From positions 62,001 to 126,000 of the forward strand of contig NIVC01002020.1 in NCBI GenBank assembly GCA_002269645.1: a stretch of 64,000 bases of DNA, given 5' to 3'. A model generated the notes under the pieces. The model made no database searches and was not told where the DNA came from. It saw only the letters and a list, made by a program, of their open reading frames with translations. The stretch is from Macrostomum lignano (taxonomy: Eukaryota). Positions 47,401-59,447 of the stretch are shown one piece after another. The stretch's first letter is position 1. Every line of letters begins with the position of its first letter. Made by a program: the position numbers and the translations under genes.

Positions 47401-50308
47401 AGTTGCACCACCTGCCTCCCCCCGACTCTCCTCAGTTGCTCACCTGCCTCCCCCGACTCTCAGTTGCTCACCTGTCTCCTCCGACTCTCAGTTGCACACC
47501 TGCCTCCCCCCGACTCTCCTCAGTTGCACACCTGCCTCCCCCCGACTCTCCTCAGTTGCTCACCTGCCTCCCCCGGACTCTCCTCAGTTGCTCACCTGCC
47601 TCCCCCGGACTCTCCTCAGTTGCTCACCTGCCTCCCCCGGACTCTCCTCAGTTGCTCACCTGCCTCCCCCCGACTCTCCTCAGTTGCTCACCTGCCTCCC
47701 CCGGACTCTCCTCAGTTGCTCACCTGCCTCCCCCGGACTCTCCTCAGTTGCTCACCTGCCTCCCCGGACTCTCCTCAGTTGCTCACCTGCCTCCCCCGGA
47801 CTCTCCTCAGTTGCTCACCTGCCTCCCCCCGACTCTCCTCAGTTGCTCACCTGCCTCCCCCGGACTCTCCTCAGTTGCTTACCTGCCTCCCCGGACTCTC
47901 CTCAGTTGCTCACCTGCCTCCCCCGACTCTCAGTTGCTCACCTGTCTCCCTCCGACTCTCAGTTGCACACCTGCCTCCCCCCGACTCTCCTCAGTTGCAC
48001 ACCTGCCTCCCCCGACTCTCCTCAGTTGCTCACCTGCCTCCCCCGGACTCTCCTCAGTTGCTCACCTGCCTCCCCCGACTGTCAGTTGCTCACCTGTCTC
48101 CCCCCGACTCTCAGTTGCACACGCTGCCTCCCCCGACTCTCCTCAGTTGCTCACCTGCCACCCCCGGACTCTCCTCAGTTGCTCACCTGCCTCCCCCGGA
48201 CTCTCCTCAGTTGCTCACCTGCCTCCCCCCGACTCTCCTCAGTTGCTCACCTGCCTCCCCCGGACTCTCCTCAGTTGCTCACCTGCCTCCCCCGACTCTC
48301 AGTTGCTCACCTGTCTCCCCCCGACTCTCAGTTGCACACCTGCCTCCCCCCGACTCTCCTCAGTTGCTCACCTGCCTCCCCGGACTCTCCTCAGTTGCTC
48401 ACCTGCCTCCCCCGCACTCTCCTCAGTTGCTCACCTGCCTCCCCCGACTCTCCTAGTTGCTCACCTGCCTCCCCCGGACTCTCCTCAGTTGCTCACCTGC
48501 CTCCCCCGACTCTCCTCAGTTGCTCACCTGTCTCCCCCGACTCTCAGTTGCACACCTGCCTCCCCCCGACTCTCCTCAGTTGCTCACCTGCCTCCCCCGG
48601 ACTCTCCTCAGTTGCTCACCTGCCTCCCCCGGACTCTCCTCAGTTGCTCACCTGCCTCCCCCCGATTCTCCTCAGTTGCTCACCTGCCTCCCCCGGACTC
48701 TCCTCAGTTGCTCACCTGCCTCTCCCGACTCTCAGTTGCTCACCTGCCTCCCCCCGACTCTCCTCAGTTGCACACCTGCCTCCCCCGACTCTCCTCAGTT
48801 GCTCACCTGCCTCCCCGGACTCTCCTCAGTTGCTCACCTGCCTCCCCCGACTGTCAGTTGCTCACCTGTCTCCCCCCGACTCTCAGTTGCACACCTGCCT
48901 CCCCCGACTCTCCTCAGTTGCTCACCTGCCTCCCCCGGACTCTCCTCAGTTGCTCACCTGCCTCCCCCCGACTCTCCTCAGTTGCTCACCTGCCTCCCCG
49001 ACTCTCCTCAGTTGCTCACCTGCCTCCCCCCGACTCTCCTCAGCTGCTCACCTGCCTCCCCCGGACTCTCCTCAGTTGCTCACCTGCCTCCCCCCGACTC
49101 TCCTCAGTTGCTCACCTGCCTCCCCCCGACTCTTCAGGGAGTGCCGCTGCTCATCTGCCTCCCTCCGACTCTTCAGGGAGTGCTGCTGCTCACCACCCCC
49201 TTTCCACCGCCATCATTCTTCAGCGGCCCCGCAGCTCCCTGATTCTGCTCTGGCTCTGGCGCAACTCACCGCCCCTTGCAGTCCAGCTTTACGTAGGCGT
49301 GCGCCAGTCCGCTGCCGATCTTGCAAAGCAGCGAAATACATTCGGCATCATCTCCTCTGTAAGCGGGTTTGCTGGGAATTCCTGTTGCAAATGGGAGGCA
49401 AAATTATTTTAGTTGTTTACTTGTCAAATATTTTACATTAACATACGGTCTTGTTATTAGAAAAAAACAATAAATTCAGATAAATTATAAATATAGCTTT
49501 AAGATATCAACTTTAATAGGCCCTATATAATTTTTGCTTTTTTTAAATAAACGCTTTTCCTACAAAACAAACCTTTTAAGCTATTTTCGTCTTAACTGTA
49601 CAGAAAGCTAGAAGTTTAGTTTAAATTTACCTTTTCTAACTCTTATAAGCAGTCTAACAATTCAAGAAACTTCAAACCAGGCTGCTTCTATTTGCAAAAT
49701 AGCATAAACTACTTAGGCATCAATAATTGTAGCTAGATTTTTTGCGATCCCAGAAACCAAATTAAATATAGAGTAGAAGTTATTGTGCAAATGGTTATTG
49801 GAGCAATGGTACGAGTAATGTATTATTAAAACTGGCCTTTAAATGCACAGGAACTATTTGAGTTAAACTTATGTCATTAATAGGTCATCAAAAATACAAA
49901 GACACAGATTTTTAACAGAGAATATCTTTATGCTACCATTTAAAGTTCTTGAATATTGATTTATTTCTTATTGTTCTTTAATAATTATCGATTAAAGACG
50001 AGCTAACTTCAGTGGTTTAGTCATCAATTTATGGAATATACTTTTCACTATGAATTAAGGAAATATATTAACAGGCTCTGAGGAATTTTTCGAGAAGACC
50101 AAATCAAAAGCAACATTTTTACCTAAAAAACATTTTTTAACTTAATAAATCCTAAATAGCATCTTACCTCTTCCTCTTCTTCGACTTTTGCTTCTTCTTC
50201 CTCCTCTCCCTCTCTTTCTTCGGCTTCTTCGCCTTCCTCGTCGGCTTGCTGCTCATTCTCTGCCTCTCCCTCAGCGCTGTTAGTTTCTTCCTCCTCGTCT
50301 TCAAACAT
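38470..50308 (-). CDS. LRRC23: Leucine-rich repeat protein 23 (axonemal radial spoke); exons 50308-50168, 49381-49270, 46341-46089, 42955-42825, 42002-41866, 39488-39248, 38535-38470; as sequenced, exons 2 and 3 each lack 1 nt
   Basis: Acidic N-terminus, 'PLTEEM..ECISLLCKIGSGLAHAYVKLDCKGRELTNIELLQRYVHLRYVDLS', LRRs 'LHTLELRGNQL' and 'LTTLHLRDNQIETLDGF', LRRcap 'YRLEVL...VIRLDKDEYQDDEREEAE', collinear with recalled human LRRC23. Splice phases close only if 1 nt is restored near 49346 and near 46195. Confidence 0.93.
38598..39145. repeat. About 42-bp minisatellite (ggggtagcggcgagtcaccaataatcattccctgggggatct) in LRRC23 intron 6
   Basis: Directly visible. Confidence 0.95.
39600..41680. repeat. 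20-bp minisatellite (catggagctttccttttggt), about 100 copies, in LRRC23 intron 5
   Basis: Directly visible; explains the 792, 628 and 429 aa pseudo-ORFs. Confidence 0.98.
42127..42795. repeat. 30-bp minisatellite (caggatcgcacacgatcaggcacaatctct) in LRRC23 intron 4
   Basis: Directly visible. Confidence 0.97.
43035..45800. repeat. 19-20-bp minisatellite (catgtagcttcccagtgtgt) in LRRC23 intron 3
   Basis: Directly visible. Confidence 0.97.
46441..49135. repeat. About 26-30-bp minisatellite (ctcctcagttgctcacctgcctcccccgact) in LRRC23 intron 2
   Basis: Directly visible; explains the ~990-aa pseudo-ORFs. Confidence 0.97.
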
Positions 50309-51212
50309 GGTTTCTGTATATTATTATTCTGTTGCCTTCTAAAAACAAAATAGCAATGTATAAAATCTGTAATCTCGTAAATTAAATTAATATGTATTAA
50401 GGCATTTTGGTTCATATGGTGATCAATCAATATGCTTTGACAAGAAACGAAAGTATATAATTTGAAACATAAAAATATTTTTAAAAATAAAACTATCGTC
50501 CTAATATGTTGTTATAAAATTTATGTTAAAAATAAGTAGATAAAAATTGTTTAAACACATTCACAAAACGTGTGCATCACGAGTTTTGCTTTTGCAACAA
50601 AATTTCAGACAATCTTTGCAAAGTTGCAATGTTCGATTAAAATATTTATAAAGCAGTAAATTACTTCTTCAAAATATATAAAATTGACTAGCTAAGACTA
50701 ATTAGTACTTAAACTATGAAAAAGTAAATAATTTACAATTTAACTCCTATTATTTGTATTTTACTCTCGATCTACATGTAAACATATCCCGAATAGCAAA
50801 ATTACGTATCTGGTTTGAAGAGTAAAATGTTTTTATATCATTGCCCGTCTTTACTATTTCTTACACTCATGATCGCCTATTGCACCTGCCCACTTTGCCT
50901 CAAGCCACCTTTCCCCCATTCTGATGGGTTAAAACGTACATGTACGTACATTGCAAGTCATGCACACCCCAAAGCCTGTACATGTACGACCCCCCAAAGC
51001 CTGTGTCAACACCGCCTGCTATTAAATTAATTAATAAATATTCCTAGCTCAAGACTAGACTGCGCTTTACCCTTTTGAGTTTTGGGCTTTCAGCTACTAT
51101 TGCCAATGGGAAGCTAGCCGCCAGGTGTTGTTGAGTTGCCCATTCTCCAGACTTTCTGATTAACGGTATCCAATAGAAAGTTAGACGTCTCCAATAGGTA
51201 TTTTTTGGTTTT

Positions 51213-51393
51213 AGGAACGCCCCGCAGACGTATCCAATTCATTTTTGATCCTCTAAGAAGCTCGTTTCTACAAAATGAATAAATAATACATGTAAATAAT
51301 GAGTAGAAGACTTTCTATTAGATTCACTGTTTTTGTAGAAACGAGCTTCTAAGAGGATCAAGAATGAATTGGATACGTCTTCGGGGCGTTCCT
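51213..51393. mobile_element. Small fold-back MITE (about 63-bp inverted arms, about 55-bp spacer)
   Basis: aggaacgccccg...ctacaaaa is the near-perfect reverse complement of ttttgtag...cggggcgttcct; the TA at both ends can be read as a TSD. Confidence 0.8.
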
Positions 51394-51539
51394 ACAACCA
51401 ACCGCTCGCTGCAACGCTCACCAGCCGGTCCAGCTGGCACTGGGCGCCCTCGAAGGTCGAGGACAGCAGGGCGAGATCGGCGTAGCCAAACACGCTGGAG
51501 CCGCCTCAGCTGGAATAAAAAATTAACATAGAATCCTGG

Positions 51540-51990
51540 CGACCTAGCTAGCCACAAAGTGGAGTCGCAGCGCCTCCATGGGCAACTCGTCCGGACCTAG
51601 CGCTTGCCGCCCGGTGTCCTCAAGGCGAGCATCACAGCGTCGGCTGTGCTGACTGGGGCTACATTAAAACTCTCCTCTGCCGGCAACGGCGTCCCCGGCG
51701 GCAGCCTCAGATCGTTTGGCAGCGGGGGCGGCGGTGCGTTGACGATGGCGTTCATCCGGAGTATCGCCAAGCCAGGTTGAGCGGGATGCGCAGTTTCCGC
51801 CCGGTCAGAGCGTTGATGACGGACCAGACCCCGCACCATTTGGCGTCGGGTCCAGCGGCGGTGACGGCCTGAATGGCGTTGTCAACAGCGGCCTGTTGCC
51901 GCTGCAGGTAGACAGCCACCAGAGCCTCCTCCGCCTCACGAGTTGGCCGCCAGAGACCAGACCAGGGCAGAAACAGCAGGCACTTGGCCT
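51540..51990 (-). mobile_element. Degraded non-LTR retrotransposon (LINE) ORF2 fragment just N-terminal to the RT domain
   Basis: 'WSVINALTGRK' followed, after a frameshift, by 'GKR*GPDELPMEALR', resembling the K(A/S)PGPDGIPxE motif at the start of LINE RT. Confidence 0.65.
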
Positions 51991-52456
51991 CCCAGTTGGC
52001 ACTCTTTTGGCTCTCCCGGAATTCCGTATTGGCATCCCTGATAGAGAGACGTCTTTTGAGGGAGCTGAAATCGGCCACAAAGTGACAGCCACAGAATATA
52101 CACAGAATGCCAAATCGTGGTGTGATTTCAATTCTTGCACCGATTTTTTAAAAAAAATGCTCGAATCGGCATTCTGTGTATATTCTGTTGTGGCAGCTGC
52201 GTACATTGTAGAATCGAAAAACCATCACTGATGAGTAACTACTCGCGATCGTATCCAATGACAGCATTTTTCAATGTTTTTATTACACTTGTTTAAGTCC
52301 GATAGCCAACAACCAATGGCTTTCATACCTGTGCAGTGTACATATGCTGACTAAAACAGGAAAAATACACTCGCATTACGTGTTTAAATAAGGAGAATTT
52401 TATCACTCAAGAAATAAGCACACCACTAGCAACGTAAAAGTCTACTTAATACAAAA

Positions 52457-53409
52457 ATGAAGATGACTTCAAGGCTCTGCGTCATTCTTCTGTTGACCTT
52501 CGTGTTACAGCCGTCTCCGCCGGCTGCAGGACGAAGTGGTGCAAACTCGGCGACCGCTGCCTCAACGAGACCGTCGCTCAAGGCTGCTGGAAGGCGCCCA
52601 GCGTGGCGCCCTGCATGATGAAGGCGGGCGCCAGTCCCGGAGACCTGGTTGCGCAGTGGAATGAGCGCACCGCTGCGTGCTGCCTCTTCCGCTACCAGAC
52701 GGTGTGCCGGCACATTCAGGCCCGCAACGCGACCGAGTCTCCGAGCGACAGCCGGTGCAGCGTGTACCGCTTCTCGTCTCTGTCGAGCTGCTCCGAGTCG
52801 GTCGGTGCGCGCTTTGTGGCTGCGTGGCTGGCAGGAGGCGGCAGCCGGTTCGACAACCTCGTGTGCCAGGCCGAGCCCAGCAACTACCGGCTGCACAGCG
52901 AGAACGTGGACTGGACTGAGGACGGAGCCAAGTTCGACGGGGCGTCTTCGTACGCGGCGACCGAGGATGTGGGAAACGTAGTGAACGGGGGCTCCTTCAC
53001 CTGGCTGCTGCGGCTGAAGAGGCAGCCGAGAGTCCAGCCGTTCATGGAGGCCGGCCAGTGCGACAGACTGGCAACATGGGGTCCGCATTTGTGGGAATTC
53101 GACAATCCAGGACTGCTGTACTACAATGTTCCTGAAGCACTTGTAACTTCCAATGTGCTTCCGATGAATGCGGAAAGTTGGATCGACATTGGAGTGAGCC
53201 GGTCTGAAAGGAACTGCAATCTCTACTTCAATGGCTCCTTTGTCGTGACGAAGTACTCGAACCTAATGTCGCCCAGGCCCTGCTACGTGATTCAAGTTGG
53301 TCGCCGGTATCCTGGAGACTTCCTCAAAGCCACCGTCAAGGCCGTAGCCATCGCCAATGCCTCCATGACAGAGCGAGAAATTTCCCAGTTCTTTGCATCT
53401 CTCCCGTGA
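52457..53409 (+). CDS. Secreted protein with a Cys-rich (PAN-like?) N-terminal region and a C-terminal LamG/concanavalin-A-like domain; probable 1-nt frameshift near 52505, or spliced at acceptor 52509-52510
   Basis: C-terminal 'FDGASSY...SFTWLLRLK...WIDIGVSRSERNCNLYFNG...IQVGRR...VAIANASMTEREI' follows the LamG-like pattern. The frame is open upstream of the GTG at 52603 to 'TAVSAGCRTKWC'. The signal peptide MKMTSRLCVILLLTFV is in a different frame. Confidence 0.75.
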
Positions 53410-53844
53410 ACAGTCACTCAGACGAATAACTCAGCCCTTCTGTTTGAGAAACAGTGTAAACAACTTCGATTTTACGAGTACGCTCGTATGGAACTGTGTT
53501 CTCGATAACATGTCGATAAAGCTTCTTGCTGGAATATTCTCGGAGAGCTATCAGGACTGAAATGCAGAAGCAAGAGTTTTTTATAGCACGGGTGCGCCTC
53601 AAGTATTGAATAATAGCTCATCACTATCGCAGTAATAGCTTTCGGGGGAAGCTGCAAGTGGAAAATGCTAACAAGGAAGCGCTACTCGTTCGTGTTTGCA
53701 CACGATGGAGCACTTTTGCGTTAGCGGCGAGTAAATTCGCGAGTGAGACCTGGGCCCCTCTGTCGCAGCTTGCCTTGATCCTGGGCCACTTGTCCGCTTA
53801 ATGCGGCCCGCAAAGCCTCTCTCTAACCGGCCCTCGGGTGGTCC

Positions 53845-54072
53845 TCTTCTCTCCTCTCCTCTCCTCTCCTCTCCTCTTCTCTCCTCTCCTCTCCTCTCCT
53901 CTCCTCTCCTCTCCTTTCCTCTCCTCTCCTCTCCTCTCCTCTCCTCTCCTCTCCTCTCCTCTCCTCTCCTCTCCTCTCCTCTCCTCTCCTCTCCTCTCCT
54001 CTCCTCTCCTCTCCTCTCCTCTTCTCTCCTCTCCTCTCCTCTCCTCTCCTCTCCTCTCCTCTTCTCTTCTTT
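53845..54072. repeat. (CTCCT)n pentanucleotide microsatellite
   Basis: Directly visible. Confidence 0.97.
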
Positions 54073-55714
54073 CCTCCAAATAGATATAGATATACGATCG
54101 TAGATATATAGATGTAGATATGGACACAAATATATATAGACAAGGTTGTTGACATAAATACTAGATAGATTACGTGATTTAAAAATGTAATTCCATTTCC
54201 ATATACGCGCTCGTACTTGTATTGCTACGCTCGCAGTAGTAGTGAAGTGCAGAATTATGCGCACATACTACTGTCAGTAGTTAACTTAGCAAATCGATGC
54301 AAATGAGGGAAGGCAGTTAATTTTTTGACAGAAATGATATGGTTTTTTGGTCTTCATGCTTTCCTCCTCTTTGTCTGCTGTTGGAGGAGTCATAATCATA
54401 ATGCATTCACCAATCGCACCGCACAGCCTCGCTTTGGCCTTATCGAGTTCCGGATGAACCCAGCAGTTCCCCCAAGCATCAAATCCGTGCAACACTTTTT
54501 TGTCACGATTCGAGGAAGACGGGAAGCAGAAAAATGACGCCACCAGTTGAAGCAGATTTCACTTCTTATATGTTTGATTCTTCTGCAGAATATTTCAGCC
54601 GCGAAGCAAAACAGGCTATCGAATAGGGGGGGGGGGGGGCTGGAAAGGCCACGGGCAGATACGCCTGGATTTTAATGGGCTGCTGCGATTCTTTCACAAA
54701 AAAGCAGCACCAAAGCTACGGCAGACTTGATTTTGTTCAGCTGAAGTTGCTCTCACGCGGAGACACTTACCGATCGAGGCGGAGGAGGCGGCAGTTGTTT
54801 CCTGGAAATTCCGGCTCGATTTTACCCAATACGCGCGCGGAATACCGGAGAGAGAGAGAGAGCAGACGCGCGGATCAGTTCGCCCGTGCCATCAATTCAT
54901 CAGGTCTCTGGGAGTTGCCCCCCCCCCCCCACCCAACTCTTAAGTGCAGCCACCGGGTGTCTGGTGATTTATGGGTCCAAAAAGCTGCGGGTCACCCCAT
55001 CGAGCGATTGCATTTCCACAGATTCTTGCTGCTGTTTTTTGGGGCAAATTTGTCTGCATTTTCCCTATCCGCATAAGTCTCTTTTACTATTAGAAACGTC
55101 TTTTATCCTTCGCGTGTTTCTTGTCCGCAGCCGCGGAGCCGGGGGTGTTTCACCTCCCGCGCGAAGGAGACAATTTATAACAAATCTGGGGAGGAAATGC
55201 CACCAAATTCCTGGTGAAGAGGCCGCCCACCCTACCCTACCCACATCCCCAATCTGAATGGAGTCTGAGAGAGGGTGGGGGATTGGCGCCAGAAGAGGCG
55301 CGCCTTGCAGGGATTGTATCTGCCTTCTTGCTGACACAGTTTGCTTTTTACTTGCTGTTTCTATTGAAAAACACGAAGGGCTAAGAAGTTGCAGCGTCAG
55401 CAGCCACTTCCAGCCCAAAATTTACCCCCCCACTACCCATTAATATAGAGCTGTGCAGATTTCAAATGGATCCCTGGGGAATATTTTTCAATTGGAATTC
55501 ACAAATTCCAGAGGTTTGCCGTTGCCGCGGTGGTAAATTTTGGTAACATTGGTGGTAACATTTTCTTAGAAAATGAAATACGGTTATATACGCTGGTAAA
55601 AGGTTTTTGAATTCAACCAGAAGTATTTGACTCGCATTAATTGCGTAAGAGTTTCCATTTTCAAGACAAAGACATTTCGCTTTGGTGGCTGGCGGGTTAT
55701 GATCCATACGTGAC

Positions 55715-56210
55715 TCTCAAGCGGGTTATGACCCATGAGACTCTCGGGCGGGTTATGACCCATGAGACTCTCGGGCGGGTTATGACCCATGTGACACTCG
55801 GGCGGGTTATGACCCATGTGACACTCGGGCGGGTTATGACCCATGAGACTCTCGGTCGGGTTATGACCCATGAGACTCTCGGTCGGGTTATGACCCATGA
55901 GACTCTCGGTCGGGTTATGACCCATGAGACTCTCGGGCGGGTTATGACCAAGGTGACTCTCGAGCAGGTTATGACTAATGTGACTCTCGGGCGGGTTATG
56001 ACCCATGAGACTCTCGGCGGGTTATGACTCTTGTGACTCTCAGGCGGGTTATGACCCATGAGACTCTCGGGCGGGTTATGACCAAGGTGACTCTCGAGCA
56101 GGTTATGACTAATGTGACTCTCGGGCGGGTTATGACCCATGAGACTCTCGGGCGGGTTATGACTCTTGTGACTCTCAGGCGGGTTATGACCCATGTGACC
56201 CTTGGGGTTA
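55715..56210. repeat. 26-27-bp minisatellite (gggttatgacccatgagactctcgggc)
   Basis: Directly visible. Confidence 0.95.
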
Positions 56211-56290
56211 TGACTATAAGAGTCAAGACACTTAGGCAGGTTATGATCCATGTGCAGGCTTTTGTTTTTTTATTACTTTTTATTAGAGTC

Positions 56291-56648
56291 AAGGGGCTGT
56301 GTATACCCGGCGCACTTTAAGCGACATTGTCACACAACCGGCGAGAGGCATTGCTGCCCATTCCGCCGACTCCCCTGAGCAGGCACACAAGCGCGCGGAT
56401 GCGTACGCAGTCATACGCACAGGCGCACACTCACACAGGAGTGTACAGCGGCCCTAACTTTATTTATCGTTAGGCATGTACACTTCACTGTGCCTTGGGG
56501 GGTTGGCTCTCAATGGCGTTAATTGCACGAGCAGAGCCAAGCCGAGATTCCAGTTTAGCTCCAAATTAATATTGACTGCACTTGGAATCGAGCCTGGGCC
56601 GCTGGCACACCAGAGCGCCGCGCTTGACCACTGGGCTACACGGCCCCC
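56291..56648 (-). mobile_element. tRNA-derived SINE family B, full length
   Basis: Minus-strand head gggggccgtgTAGCCCAGTGGtcaagcg...GGCTCGATTCC (A- and B-box); body shared with 34177-34500. Confidence 0.85.
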
Positions 56649-56858
56649 TCCCGTAGGCGGGTTATGATCCATATGACCTCTACAAGTGTTATGACCTATG
56701 ATCCAATTGGTCTTGTCATTATTTTAAACGTTTTTTGCATTCAATCGATTAATCAATTAACGCGTCGTTAGAGCAGCATGTGAGGCACAAAATAGTGTGA
56801 TTAGAACTTTCTCTGACACTGTTAAGAGACCCAATCACTGTTTTAGTGTTGAAAATCG

Positions 56859-56960
56859 TGAAATTTCCTATCTCCGTGGTGTATTTTTCGGCGAAAAGTG
56901 GCCTTCAAAACTTTTACCATAGATTTCGAGTGTTGCGTCCTTCTACTTAAGTTGTCCTTG
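56859..56960. mobile_element. Diverged right-end fragment of the 18334-19029 fold-back family
   Basis: cctatctccgtggtgtatttt...ccttcaaaactttt...cgtccttctacttaagttgtccttg matches 18935-19029. Confidence 0.75.
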
Positions 56961-57532
56961 TACGAGCTATGATCCTTGGGAGCATGACTAATATGAACAT
57001 TAATCTGTTATTACTCTTAATCTGTTATGACTTATATGACCCCTAGAGGTTCATGAAATGTATGACCGATAAATGTGAGTGTTTTAAGCGTTCGCCATCT
57101 GATGGTCAGAGGTTTTAAACTTGAACTAAACGATTGATAGTGTTGAAAGGAAAAACACTAAAAACAACAGCGGAAGGAAAAACATGAGAGAGCAGCATCC
57201 ATAGAGTAGGCAGTGTTATTTATAACACTCAGCTGTGTGCTGGCAGCCTGTTTCACTGAAAAATAACCTTTAAAAATGCTCAGGTCTGAGGCAAAATACA
57301 CTCGCGTTTATTTTATTAAGAAAGCAAAATTTTTCAAAGACAAAGCCTGTTGCGCTAAGCGTAGGTGACAGCAGCAACTAATAAACTGAATCAGGGACCT
57401 TTCAATATCTGGACTGGAGGACCCGCAACGGCTCTTAATCTCAGGTACCGTGGAACATGACAGAGGTGGCAGGGGAAGAGGGGCAGTGGGGCAAGGGATG
57501 CGGATGGGGCAGAGGGGGGTAGATGATGGGAT

Positions 57533-59112
57533 CAATGATAGGATCAATGATGGGATCAATGATAGGATCGATGATAGGATCAATGATAGGATCAATGATG
57601 GGATCAATGATGGGATCAATGATAGGATCAATGATGGGATCAATGATAGGATCAATGATGGGATAATGATAGGATCAATGATGGGATCAATGATGGGATA
57701 ATGATAGGATCAATGATGGGATCAATGATGGGATCAATGATTGGATCAATGATAGGATCAATGATGGGATCAATGATGAGATCAATGATAGCATCAATGA
57801 TGGGATCAATGATAGGATCAATGATGGGATAATGATAGGATCAATGATGGGATCAATGATGGGATCAATGATTGGATCAATGATAGGATCAATGATGGGA
57901 TCAATAATGGGATCAATGATGGGATCAATGATGGGATCAATGATAGGATCAATGATAGGATCAATGATGGGATCAATGATAGGATCAATGATAGGATCAA
58001 TGATGGGATCAATGATAGGATCAATGATAGGATCAATGATTGGATCAATGATGGGATCAATGATGGGATCAATGATAGGATCAATGATGGGATCAATGAT
58101 AGGATCAATGATGGGATAATGATAGGATCAATGATGGGATCAATGATGGGATCAATGATAGGATCGATGATAGGATCAATGATAGGATCAATGATGGGAT
58201 CAATGATGGGATCAATGATAGGATCAATGATGGGATCAATGATAGGATCAATGATGGGATAATGATAGGATCAATGATGGGATCAATGATGGGATCAATG
58301 ATAGGATCAATGATGGGATCAATGATAGGATCAATGATGGGATCAATTATAGGATCGATGATAGGATCAATGATAGGATCAATGATGGGATCAATGATGG
58401 GATCAATGATAGGATCAATGATGGGATCAATGATAGGATCAATGATGGGATAATGATAGGATCAATGATGGGATCAATGATGGGATCAATGATTGGATCA
58501 ATGATGGGATCAATGATAGGATCGATGATAGGATCAATGATAGGATCAATGATGGGATCAATGATGGGATCAATGATAGGATCAATGATGGGATCAATGA
58601 TAGGATCAATGATGGGATAATGATAGGATCAATGATGGGATCAATGATGGGATCAATGATAGGATCAATGATGGGATCAATGATAGGATCAATGATGGGA
58701 TCAATTATAGGATCGATGATAGGATCAATGATAGGATCAATGATGGGATCAATGATGGGATCAATGATAGGATCAATGATGGGATCAATGATAGGATCAA
58801 TGATGGGATAATGATAGGATCAATGATGGGATCAATGATGGGATCAATGATTGGATCAATGATAGGATCAATGATGAGATCAATGATAAGATCAATGATG
58901 GGATCAATGATGGGATCAATGATAGGATCAATGATGAGATCAATGATAGGATCAATGATGGGATCAATGATAGGATTAATGATGGGATCAATGATAGGAT
59001 CAATGATAGGATCAATGATGGGATCAATGATAGGATCAATGATGGGATCAATGATGGGATCAATGATAGGATCAATGATGGGATCAATGATAGGATCAAT
59101 GATGGGATCAAT
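57533..59112. repeat. 12-bp minisatellite (gatcaatgatRg)
   Basis: Directly visible. Confidence 0.97.
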
Positions 59113-59447
59113 CAGGTTAATAAATAATTTGTTAACAGTTGAAAAGTTTTTAAATGCTAAAAACTGCAAGTCCCCCCCTCTAATAAGAAATTTATACTTT
59201 AATTGTGCTCCATTTTTTAGCCAATCCTATATACGATGACTATTTGATTCCGATTTTACGAGCGTATTGTGTCGCTTCCAGTCCAAGTCCAAGTCTGACC
59301 GAGGAGGTCCCTGGCACCAGCCAATCAGCTGTCAGGAGGGTCCAACAATGCCTTGCGTTTTTTACCGTAGAAATAAAATAATTTTGGTTGGTTGGGGCTG
59401 CAACACTTCGTAGCGTTGATAGTATTATAAGAAGCTTGTTCTATAAA

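Noticed and set aside
46440-49441. About 990-aa Pro/Ser/Leu-rich ORFs
   Set aside because: Satellite translations open in several frames, with no codon bias.
54675-55076. ORF beginning MGCCDS (myristoylation/palmitoylation-like start)
   Set aside because: The rest is low-complexity, crosses GA and C runs, and has no domain or splice support.
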